Of a stretch of DNA of 64,000 nt, positions 24,831 through 33,099 are shown one piece after another. The DNA comes from a virus, in IMG/VR virus record IMGVR_UViG_3300044633_000631, positions 1-64,000 of that record, one strand, 5' to 3'. The notes under the pieces are model-generated. The model was not told where the DNA came from. It worked only from the letters and a program-made list of their open reading frames with translations, and did not search any database. Each line of letters begins with the position of its first letter. Position 1 is the first letter of the stretch. A program made the position numbers and the translations under genes.

Positions 24831-25618
24831 GATACAACCTCTACAATTGTGTCAACAGTTACGTCGACAACATCTTCTACAATGCTGTGAGGTACAATAG
24901 GAACTAGTACTTCAACAACCTCTTCTACTGAATCTTTTAAATCATCTAAAAATGACATACCAATCTCCGGAAATAATCCTGTATTAATAAAATTAACTAC
25001 TAGTTCTTTCTCAAAGCCTAACGATTCTAAAACTCTTGGCGTATGAGGATTTTGTTTTTGCATCTTACAGTAAAAATTTTGTTGATCTATATATAAATCT
25101 TCGCTAGAAGAATAATTTACATTTGTTAAATAACACGAAAGTGAATCGTGTGCTAGCTTTAAAAATGCATCTAATTCGGTTATAGTGTTTATATTACTCG
25201 CAGCTACCATATCTTTACTGAATATAGCGCGTGCCCATTCAGGCAACTCGCGCTCTCTCTTCCAGCTATACTTCTTCGTCTCTGAAGCAAACCAACTAGT
25301 TAATGGATGACTATCTTCAGACACAGGAGAGTAATCAAGAAATGCGCCCGTTACCTTATTAGGGCCAGCCACAATATCTACACCAAAGATAGGAGAATTA
25401 GAGGTGATTTTTGGGAATATACAGAGATGCATCATATAGATTTTCTTAGTGTCCCGAAGGTCAATAATATCTAAATGAGCTCTACGTATATAATGGTTAC
25501 TATACACTCTATTTTCCCAACCGAAATCATGCTCTTCATTCGTATCTTCAGCATAGTTATCTAGTAACACTTTGAATTGTTCAGCCTGAACTGTTAATCT
25601 TTCAAAGATTTCACTCAT
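24827..25618 (-). CDS. pcyX: Ferredoxin-dependent bilin reductase, PcyX/PcyA-like
   Basis: RRAHLD...MMHLCIFP...PIFGVDIVAGPNKVTGAFLDYSP...RELPEWA.AIFS...QKQNPHT; adjacent to heme oxygenase. Confidence 0.85.
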   Translation of the reverse strand: MSEIFERLTVQAEQFKVLLDNYAEDTNEEHDFGWENRVYSNHYIRRAHLDIIDLRDTKKIYMMHLCIFPKITSNSPIFGVDIVAGPNKVTGAFLDYSPVSEDSHPLTSWFASETKKYSWKRERELPEWARAIFSKDMVAASNINTITELDAFLKLAHDSLSCYLTNVNYSSSEDLYIDQQNFYCKMQKQNPHTPRVLESLGFEKELVVNFINTGLFPEIGMSFLDDLKDSVEEVVEVLVPIVPHSIVEDVVDVTVDTIVEVVS

Positions 25619-25657
25619 ACAGTGTGCTGTGCAAGGTCATATAAATAATCTATTAAC

Positions 25658-26191
25658 TCATTGAACTTTTTGTATATCGTGCTCATCTGAAATCTCGTCA
25701 AATAATTTTAATACGAAATCAAAACATTTATTAGCTTCATCAGCTAAGTCATCTGATAGCAAAGGTCTGATCTTATCGATTAATCCTTGTCTATCTTCGA
25801 ATTCATACATTTTACCGGAGCCTGGAATGACCTTTTTAATCATTTGGCCACCATACATATCTCCGAAATGTCTAACATAAATATGAGCTAAGAGTTGCGC
25901 CTTATCTAGTGCTAGTATATGTTGTGAGTACTTTTCAACAGAATCGTAATTGAGCGCATCACAATCTAATTCATCAAAGTCTTGAAATATTTTAATGGAA
26001 CGTTCTATCCCTTCAAGGTTATCAAGTACTCCGAGAGACCTGGCTCTTTCTTCTAAAATAGCATAGCATCTGAATTGTGAATATAGATAGTCTGCATATA
26101 TTTCTTTTGGTATTGTTCCACTTAACAATAATTTAGTGAAGCGGTGATTTTCCGCCTCACTATGTTTATCGTGGATTAAGTCACGTAGCAT
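25658..26191 (-). CDS. hemO: Heme oxygenase (HemO/Ho1-like)
   Basis: Proximal H..AE (HSEAE), AHIYVRHFGDMYGGQMI distal helix, EANKCF. Confidence 0.92.
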   Translation of the reverse strand: MLRDLIHDKHSEAENHRFTKLLLSGTIPKEIYADYLYSQFRCYAILEERARSLGVLDNLEGIERSIKIFQDFDELDCDALNYDSVEKYSQHILALDKAQLLAHIYVRHFGDMYGGQMIKKVIPGSGKMYEFEDRQGLIDKIRPLLSDDLADEANKCFDFVLKLFDEISDEHDIQKVQ

Positions 26192-26550
26192 TACGCAGGA
26201 GGAACAGGTGGAATAAAATCAGCAATTGATTCAATGTTTTCATAAACTTGCGGTAAGTCTCTTAATTCTTGGCGATAGGCTTTCCATTCTGCAATTTTTT
26301 CTTGAGACAGTCCAGTATCAGGAAGTTGCGTCCAATCTGATTTTTCTAATAAATAATCACGATGGCTACGGATACCTGCTAATAATTGCTCTGTGGTAAC
26401 AACCGGTGCTTCATATGGTTCAAAATATTCTACATAGCCTGCTTCTGTAAGACCGACTTGGTCGCTAAGACCAGTTCTACGCAATACTTCTTCGTATGGG
26501 ATTTTACTTTCAATAATTATTTCATTTACAACATAGTTATATAATACCAC
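26191..26550 (-). CDS. Tail fibre assembly chaperone-like protein
   Basis: IRSHRDYLLEKSDWTQLPD...WKAYRQELRDLP signature. Confidence 0.8.
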   Translation of the reverse strand: MVLYNYVVNEIIIESKIPYEEVLRRTGLSDQVGLTEAGYVEYFEPYEAPVVTTEQLLAGIRSHRDYLLEKSDWTQLPDTGLSQEKIAEWKAYRQELRDLPQVYENIESIADFIPPVPPA

Positions 26551-27464
26551 TACATATCTCCTGTACCTGTTGATGGGAACCTTCTACCTTCGCCCCATAT
26601 AATTCTTACACAACCGCGTCCGCCTGGATTCATACCAGCGCCACCATATGTAGCATTAGACCCTGTGCCAGCTCCGCCACCGCCATATAAGCCGCCACGT
26701 CTACCGCCAAAAACACCATAACTCCACCAAGGGTTTTCACCTATGGTTCCACTTTCTCCGCCACTACCGCCCTGGCCGCCAGAGTGACTACGATGACTAC
26801 CACTAGGGCCTTGGCCAAATGGCCCTGTACCACCTCCTGAAGCACCTCCATGTGTGGAACTATAAGTACCACCTCCTGCTCCTCCACCGCCAGCCCCATT
26901 AGAGCTTTGAGCACCGCCATTGCCTGTGTATCCGCCAGCACCGCCGCCGCCATATTGACCAGAGGCGCCACCGTTGCCACCGCCATCGCCAACATAACCG
27001 CTACTATCCTGACTACCACCACCACCGGATACAACACTTGTACTAATGAAATAGCTACTTTTGCCGGCATAGGAGCCATTAGCGCCATCACCGCCTTCAC
27101 CAACTACAACTGTGTAATTTTGGCCTGGAGCTACAGGAATATCATTTCTCCAACCTAAACCTCCACCGCAACCTCCATAATTTGACCATTGGGAGCCGCG
27201 ACTGGCTTCACCGCCTCCAATGCAAACAACGGAGACCTTAGTAACACCAGGTGGGCACGTCCAAGTATAAGTTCCTGAACCAAAGCCATAGAGGGCTTGG
27301 CCAATAGGACCGCCACCACCACCACCACTAGTACTAGTACTTCCAAAAGATAGATTACCTTTCCCATCTGTAACTAAAGGCGCATTGGCTGCACCATCCT
27401 TAGAGGGCAATGTAAGAGTAACACCATCTCTTTTCTGAATCTGATCTGTTATAATTTTTGTCAT
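26550..27464 (-). CDS. Glycine-rich fibre/adhesin protein
   Basis: GTYTWTCPPGVTKVSVVCIGGG...GGRGCVRIIW Gly-rich domain. N-terminus shared with 27904-28833. Confidence 0.7.
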   Translation of the reverse strand: MTKIITDQIQKRDGVTLTLPSKDGAANAPLVTDGKGNLSFGSTSTSGGGGGGPIGQALYGFGSGTYTWTCPPGVTKVSVVCIGGGEASRGSQWSNYGGCGGGLGWRNDIPVAPGQNYTVVVGEGGDGANGSYAGKSSYFISTSVVSGGGGSQDSSGYVGDGGGNGGASGQYGGGGAGGYTGNGGAQSSNGAGGGGAGGGTYSSTHGGASGGGTGPFGQGPSGSHRSHSGGQGGSGGESGTIGENPWWSYGVFGGRRGGLYGGGGAGTGSNATYGGAGMNPGGRGCVRIIWGEGRRFPSTGTGDM

Positions 27465-27487
27465 AAGTTATCCTAATAAGGTAAAAT

Positions 27488-27509
27488 GAGTAGGGCAATA
27501 ACCCTACTC
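27488..27509 (-). terminator. Hairpin between the two fibre/chaperone cassettes
   Basis: GAGTAGGG-6 nt-CCCTACTC, followed by ATTTT on the minus strand. Confidence 0.6.
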
Positions 27510-27514
27510 CGTTA

Positions 27515-27904
27515 TTAGACAGACAAAACTGGAAAGACTATTTCGTTTGGATAGTCTTTTTGTTTTGCGACATTATCTAAGGCTAGTCTATACTCTGAAA
27601 TAGACTTCTTTTTGTCCTCAGAATACGCATCCCACAATTCAGGACTAGTAAGCTCTTTTAATTCTAATTTAAGCTGATCTAACTTACGTTCTGCAGCTCT
27701 AGTTAAACGAATTTTATTAAGTTCTTTTTGAAACTCTTTTAGTTCTGCATCTGCCAATTCTACAATTTTGCCTTTAACTAATTTAAGCTTATTATAGTCA
27801 AGAAAACTAGAAGGAATTTCAAAAAATTCCTGTTTAGTTTCGTCGTCTGGTAAAACATTTTGAGCTTGAATTAGGCTGCCTGTTTCATCAAACCTTGCAA
27901 ACAT
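27515..27904 (-). CDS. Tail fibre assembly chaperone-like protein
   Basis: C-terminal YRLALDNVAKQKDYPNEIVFP, typical of Tfa-like chaperones. Confidence 0.65.
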   Translation of the reverse strand: MFARFDETGSLIQAQNVLPDDETKQEFFEIPSSFLDYNKLKLVKGKIVELADAELKEFQKELNKIRLTRAAERKLDQLKLELKELTSPELWDAYSEDKKKSISEYRLALDNVAKQKDYPNEIVFPVLSV

Positions 27905-28833
27905 TATCTATCTCCGTACTGAGTAGCGCACTGTGTATAATACCTAGGCATATCTAAATTATTAGTAGCATTTCCTAGATTCCGATTAGTACGTAATGTT
28001 TCTAACATCCGTAAATCACAAATAACAGAGCCATCAATTACAGTATCTAAATTGTAGTAATAATGTGAATCTACGAATTTATTAGTTGTTTGATAGTTGT
28101 GTGAAGTTGCATATAAAAGCAATACTGTAGTATTTGCAGGAATTACTACTGAAGCGTTACCGCCTGTGTTATTGGTACTTGCTGCATAAGTATAAGGTTG
28201 TGACCAAGTTCCTGAAATTACAGCACTATAAGTTACGTTGTTAGTCGGAGTGTATACAGCAAGAGCAGCGCCACCGTATGAGCTAAAATCAGCGCTATGA
28301 TAAAAAGTAACTGTTTTAGTAATTGATGCGCTGGTAGTATTACGTAATGGAAGTACTGACATTGTAATACCAGTATAGTCATCAGTTGTGTTGTTATCAT
28401 AATATTGCAGCTGGCGCATATGGCCTAAACGCTTGTTATTTGCATAATAGCATTGGCGATAAATATCACCATTACGGTTGTATGCAAATAAACGATCACT
28501 GGTGCTTGTTGGCATACCGTCGCCCATTACCATGTTGAAAGCCGCATAGGTACTATTAGCATCTGTCGTAGTGTTACCTACGTAGCGTGCTGAGTATATT
28601 TGACCCCCAGGGCCGTCACTAGTCCACGAGCCAGTACTGCCATACACGTTGCCTTGTGCAGCACTTGTTACAATCATACCGATTGTGTTACCTTCGACAG
28701 GCGCGAATTTAACACTACTAATTGATAAATTACCATTAGCATCACTATACACTGCTCCCGCAGTTGCTGTTGAAGGTAATGTAAATGTTGAACCACCTGG
28801 TTTTTGAATTTGATCTACTATAATTTTACCCAT
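27904..28833 (-). CDS. Putative fibre/adhesin protein
   Basis: S/T/Y/N-rich. N-terminal MGKIIVDQIQKPGGSTFTLP...SDANGNLS module; followed by a Tfa-like gene. Confidence 0.6.
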   Translation of the reverse strand: MGKIIVDQIQKPGGSTFTLPSTATAGAVYSDANGNLSISSVKFAPVEGNTIGMIVTSAAQGNVYGSTGSWTSDGPGGQIYSARYVGNTTTDANSTYAAFNMVMGDGMPTSTSDRLFAYNRNGDIYRQCYYANNKRLGHMRQLQYYDNNTTDDYTGITMSVLPLRNTTSASITKTVTFYHSADFSSYGGAALAVYTPTNNVTYSAVISGTWSQPYTYAASTNNTGGNASVVIPANTTVLLLYATSHNYQTTNKFVDSHYYYNLDTVIDGSVICDLRMLETLRTNRNLGNATNNLDMPRYYTQCATQYGDR

Positions 28834-28849
28834 TTTTTAGCTCCTAGTT

Positions 28850-31800
28850 TTAAAATAAATATGTACGTGGAATGTCGAGAATGCTTACTGTTGATGTTGT
28901 GCCTACAGTAACAGTAACCCAATCAGGGATACTATATTGCTGTTTGGCAGACAAGAAACTGCCTGTTAAAGTTGTACTTGCAGAAGGACTCTTGACCAAT
29001 GTTTGTAAAACGGTGCCTGTGGTGATATCCACTAAGATTACAGCTCCTTCGATTGCAACTGTGCTACTAATTACCGTACCTGTTGTTATATATTTAACTT
29101 CATCTTCGCCAACTACATTATCAGTGTCGGTAATAAGAGAGGTTAACGGATATATAGTTGTCGCATCGATAGCGGCTACTGTAGAAGCATTTCGAGAATC
29201 AACATAAGCTTTAACAGCGTGTTCTGTTGGAACGGCTACATTAGAATCACCGGATAAGGTCGCATCACTAGAAAACTCATTAATAGTTTCACCAAGCTGT
29301 GCTCCAATGGAACCGAGCTTTAATGATGTTAACCCTGCTAGATCGAAAGCATTAGCATTAAGTGTAGCACGACCAGTAGCCTGATCAATCCTGAAATATT
29401 CACCTACTCTAAAGTTACCATCTTGATCGGTACTTACATAGAAAACACGCCCTGGATAAGCTTCTTCGGTTTCATTACCTTGAGCTGCCGGCTGTGTTGG
29501 GAGACCTGGATAATTAGTTGTTGTTACACCGCCAGTACCAATACTTAAAAAGTCATGTCCTGTCAAACGAATCTGACTATATTTTGTTCTTACAGTCGCA
29601 ACAGTCCCGCTAGGCGATCCTGTAGGTTTTTCCTGTGATAAAATTAATACTAATGTACTAGTATTATTAATATATGTGCCAGAAACACTTTGAATAACGT
29701 ATGCATAAGTATCACCCACTAAGGAAATACTCGAGCCAGGCTTAGGCGCTGCGGTCAGATTCGTAACTACTAACACAAAACCTTTCTGATTCTCTAAAGC
29801 TCCAGCTGATACAGTACCTGTACCACCACTTGTAAATGTAAGTGCATCGCCTAATGTAAATGTGCCTGTGGCATTTTTCACATAAAGTTTATTGGCGGAA
29901 TACTGAACATTAGTCACAGTAGCGCTACCGTTGGGGCCTGTTACTATATCGTTTTCGTTTATCGAGCCATTGCCATATAGGAAGTTTATTTGTTGACCAA
30001 CTAAAGCACCTGTAATCGGCGTTTCAGACGTATCATACCCTCTTGAGACTGCACCCCAAGTACCATAGCTGTTATTGCCATTTAATGCACGAATGAAACC
30101 ACCGCCCGTAGCTGAATAACCAAAGTAGCAATAATATGTGAAACAAGATACAATCTCAGCTTTACCACCATCTTTTACCCAGTAGCCTACACCATTATCT
30201 GAGATAACAGTATAGCCATGGAAGATCATAGTTCTAGCACCAGCGGCATGAATACTACCGTCAATTAATGCCCCAATAGCTCCACTACAAATCGCAGCAC
30301 ATTCCAAAACATAAGGCGATTTGGTCATAACAGGCGATGCTGGGTTAAATCTTACAACTACACCTTTTATTGTGGATGTTGTGATATCTTCCGCAGTCGT
30401 ACCTGTAACCCACCCTGTCATACCTTTGAAGGTCATTTTATTAAGGATAGACCCATTGCCCATCAAGAACATTGAAGAATTGGCGTTGCTTGTTATACCA
30501 TCTGTTGATAACCCAGCTTTAGCTTGAATGGTAACAGTACGCTGACTATCGCCTACAATCGCTGTATGATCTGGAACAATAATAGGTAATTGTTCATCAT
30601 AGGTACCAGTCTTAACGAAAATAGTTGCGTTAGTACCACACTGTTCTGTAGCATACTTTAAAGTAGCAAATGGTGTAGCTAAATTTCTACCTGAATCTAA
30701 TGTATCGACACCGTGCGGTGCTACATAGAATATTTTATTAGATTCTGTTGCACCAGTCCAGTCAATTAGATTGCCTGAAACACCTACCGTTAACGAACGC
30801 CCTGTATCACCATTTACAATAGGCGGAAGGACATCCGAACCGCCGACAACAAATTGTGACCATTTAGCGGAGTCTTGAACAAATGTCGGCGCTGAAGTGT
30901 GAGTTGCAGTTGCAATGTAAGCAGAACCTACAGCATCTTTAACAATATCGTCAGGTAAATATAAAGTACTTGTTGCCCATGCTCCACGCCATCTAATACC
31001 ACTATTATACTTACGCCAAGCACCTGCCGCTAAATCTGTGGCAAATACTGTAGATGCATGTGGTAATAGTGTAATATAAGTATTACCACCATAAGTAACA
31101 ACTTCATCTATGCCGTAAGCCGTAGCAGTTGTCCAGTCCCCCTTGTTAGAAATACCGCCTACAATTCTAGTCCAAGATGTTGTGACTGTAGGATTAACAT
31201 TAGTACTATCGATTACTGCTTGGAATAAAGAACCGCCATAAGTAATTGTTTGTCCAATCTTATATGCTGTTGCGGGTGACCATACACCTAAGTAAGAAAA
31301 GCCTGCGAGATAAATATCCCAATAGCTTGTTTCTGTAGGTAGATGACCTGTTGTATCTACTTTAGCTTTATAAATATTTGCACCATATGCTACCAAATCG
31401 TTAGGCACATACACTGTTGAATTATTATAAATAGCCTTTACAGAAACACCTTCAACAAATTTATCCCAGAAAGCTGTTGCTGTGGGTAAATTGTTAGTTG
31501 AATCTTGTTTAGCAATATAAGTAGAACCACCATATACAACTACATCATTCTTTTGATAAATGCCTGATGAAGAATATGTGCCTTCATACTGAATACCATC
31601 TGCAAATTGAGACCAATAAGCTGAGTTAGGAGGTGTTACATTAACGGTATCGACAATACATACATATACTTTACCCCCATGTGCTACACCATCACCAATA
31701 CGATAATTAGTTGAAGTGCTGAATACACCTTTAAATTTAAAACCCTCTACCATTAACGCCCAATGTGAGGTAGCGGTAGGTAATACACCTGCGGTTTTTA

Positions 31801-31927
31801 ATGCAAATGTATAAACATAAACATTACCGCCATATTTTACAACATCGTTTGTTTCGTAAGATGTAGTTACCAACCACTCTCCCGCGAACTGAAATCTTAG
31901 CTTCCCTAAGTCTATATATTGTGTCAT
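28850..31927 (-). CDS. Large fibre/spike protein with seven CBM5/12-like repeats and a probable beta-helix region
   Basis: Seven ~49-aa units of the form G.W...T.Y...DVV.YGG..Y in the first ~360 aa. These are followed by FYVAPHGVD...PFATLKYA...TIFVKTGTYDEQLPI, typical of a beta-helix start. Confidence 0.7.
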   Translation of the reverse strand: MTQYIDLGKLRFQFAGEWLVTTSYETNDVVKYGGNVYVYTFALKTAGVLPTATSHWALMVEGFKFKGVFSTSTNYRIGDGVAHGGKVYVCIVDTVNVTPPNSAYWSQFADGIQYEGTYSSSGIYQKNDVVVYGGSTYIAKQDSTNNLPTATAFWDKFVEGVSVKAIYNNSTVYVPNDLVAYGANIYKAKVDTTGHLPTETSYWDIYLAGFSYLGVWSPATAYKIGQTITYGGSLFQAVIDSTNVNPTVTTSWTRIVGGISNKGDWTTATAYGIDEVVTYGGNTYITLLPHASTVFATDLAAGAWRKYNSGIRWRGAWATSTLYLPDDIVKDAVGSAYIATATHTSAPTFVQDSAKWSQFVVGGSDVLPPIVNGDTGRSLTVGVSGNLIDWTGATESNKIFYVAPHGVDTLDSGRNLATPFATLKYATEQCGTNATIFVKTGTYDEQLPIIVPDHTAIVGDSQRTVTIQAKAGLSTDGITSNANSSMFLMGNGSILNKMTFKGMTGWVTGTTAEDITTSTIKGVVVRFNPASPVMTKSPYVLECAAICSGAIGALIDGSIHAAGARTMIFHGYTVISDNGVGYWVKDGGKAEIVSCFTYYCYFGYSATGGGFIRALNGNNSYGTWGAVSRGYDTSETPITGALVGQQINFLYGNGSINENDIVTGPNGSATVTNVQYSANKLYVKNATGTFTLGDALTFTSGGTGTVSAGALENQKGFVLVVTNLTAAPKPGSSISLVGDTYAYVIQSVSGTYINNTSTLVLILSQEKPTGSPSGTVATVRTKYSQIRLTGHDFLSIGTGGVTTTNYPGLPTQPAAQGNETEEAYPGRVFYVSTDQDGNFRVGEYFRIDQATGRATLNANAFDLAGLTSLKLGSIGAQLGETINEFSSDATLSGDSNVAVPTEHAVKAYVDSRNASTVAAIDATTIYPLTSLITDTDNVVGEDEVKYITTGTVISSTVAIEGAVILVDITTGTVLQTLVKSPSASTTLTGSFLSAKQQYSIPDWVTVTVGTTSTVSILDIPRTYLF

Positions 31928-32136
31928 ACTACTTTCACCCTTAAATGGCCTGTAGCACTCCAGTCAAACTGGTGAGCATTCCTAGACCATAGCCATTGTT
32001 TGTAATCTTCACTATCGATAAAACCTTCTTGAGGTAATACAATAGGAGATTCCCCTGAAATAACTTCTACAGTCAATGAACTAGTTTTTGAGTCTACCCT
32101 AAAACCATAAAATGTTTCGTCTACGTGATTAAACAT
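31924..32136 (-). CDS. Hypothetical protein (fibre block)
   Basis: Translationally coupled 70-aa ORF. Confidence 0.6.
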   Translation of the reverse strand: MFNHVDETFYGFRVDSKTSSLTVEVISGESPIVLPQEGFIDSEDYKQWLWSRNAHQFDWSATGHLRVKVV

Positions 32137-32450
32137 TATGCGACTCCTGTTAACATAGCAAGACGTACGTCAATGGAGTTAGCCAGTGAGCTAATAGCTT
32201 TAACTACATCTCCAGACTCTAACACAATCTTACCTTGTACGACTTCTTTGCTATCATTACCTTTTAATCTATAATTCTTTAGAAGATAAGTATCAGTAGA
32301 ATTTGTTATCCAAATACTTATCGGTAAGTCGAAATTGGTAAGATTTGAGATATTACAGCCGATCAATATTACAGAAGAAGTAGCAGTATATATGGTTGTA
32401 GCGGTAGTCCCGATACTAGATGCACTGACTCTTTTAAAATTTTGAGCCAT
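32136..32450 (-). CDS. Putative virion structural protein
   Basis: MAQNFK..IGTTATTIYT...KIVLESGD pattern seen in phage fibre regions. Confidence 0.6.
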   Translation of the reverse strand: MAQNFKRVSASSIGTTATTIYTATSSVILIGCNISNLTNFDLPISIWITNSTDTYLLKNYRLKGNDSKEVVQGKIVLESGDVVKAISSLANSIDVRLAMLTGVA

Positions 32451-32452
32451 AA

Positions 32453-32620
32453 TTACCCCAATGCGATTGCCATTGCAATTGCAGCATCTGTACTAATCTG
32501 TGGAAGCAAATCAGAGAGTTCCTCTATACCTGCTTTTAAATTAGTTAAGTTTGTGTCCATTTGTACAATAGTCAAAGGTTCTTCTTGACTCGCGCGTGTA
32601 GTTATATCTACCGTAGTCAT
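32453..32620 (-). CDS. Small fibre-associated protein (55 aa; not in ORF track)
   Basis: MTTVDITTRASQEEPLTIVQMDTNLTNLK...AAIAMAIALG; fills the gap exactly. Confidence 0.7.
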   Translation of the reverse strand: MTTVDITTRASQEEPLTIVQMDTNLTNLKAGIEELSDLLPQISTDAAIAMAIALG

Positions 32621-32621
32621 T

Positions 32622-33089
32622 TTATGGTGCTACAGTAATTTTCCAAGTGATCGCTAAAGTATCTAACGCGCCTTTATTGATTACTGGGAATTTAGTGCGA
32701 GCAACCATTAAACCTGTAGTTAAGTCATTAAACAAGCCTGCCTCACCAATAGCGCCTGTTGCAATACCTGCTGCAAATGAAGCTACATATTGAACTGAAT
32801 CGTTTAATACAGTTGTCTGTACTCTGACAGCTGCTGAAGATAAGCCTACACGAGGTGTTAACGGATTTACTAATACTGCGTCTGTTGCAGAGACAGCTGT
32901 TGCTGTTACATCAGTACCGACTTGCATATGTGAAACTACAGGTGTTGAGGCGTCTAGCATACGTGAAGTAATAAAGGCTAAGCCTGTATTTACCACTAAA
33001 TTAGTTTCTTCTTGTTGTTTGATATTACCAAATTCATCGGTCAATACGAGGTTAACAATACCTGCTGGTCTTAAACTATCTTTTAACAT
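32622..33089 (-). CDS. Putative virion structural (fibre-base) protein
   Basis: NLVVNTG...HMQVGT...GAIGEAGLFN...INKGALDTLAITWKIT. Confidence 0.65.
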   Translation of the reverse strand: MLKDSLRPAGIVNLVLTDEFGNIKQQEETNLVVNTGLAFITSRMLDASTPVVSHMQVGTDVTATAVSATDAVLVNPLTPRVGLSSAAVRVQTTVLNDSVQYVASFAAGIATGAIGEAGLFNDLTTGLMVARTKFPVINKGALDTLAITWKITVAP

Positions 33090-33099
33090 TTTTTAATCC

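Noticed and set aside
24827-26191. Assigning a cyanobacterial host from the bilin genes
   Set aside because: The reductase looks PcyX-like and no psbA, hli, petF or cpeT is present. The host cannot be determined from this window.
26741-27367. Alternate-frame ORFs within the Gly-rich gene
   Set aside because: By-products of repeated GGN codons.
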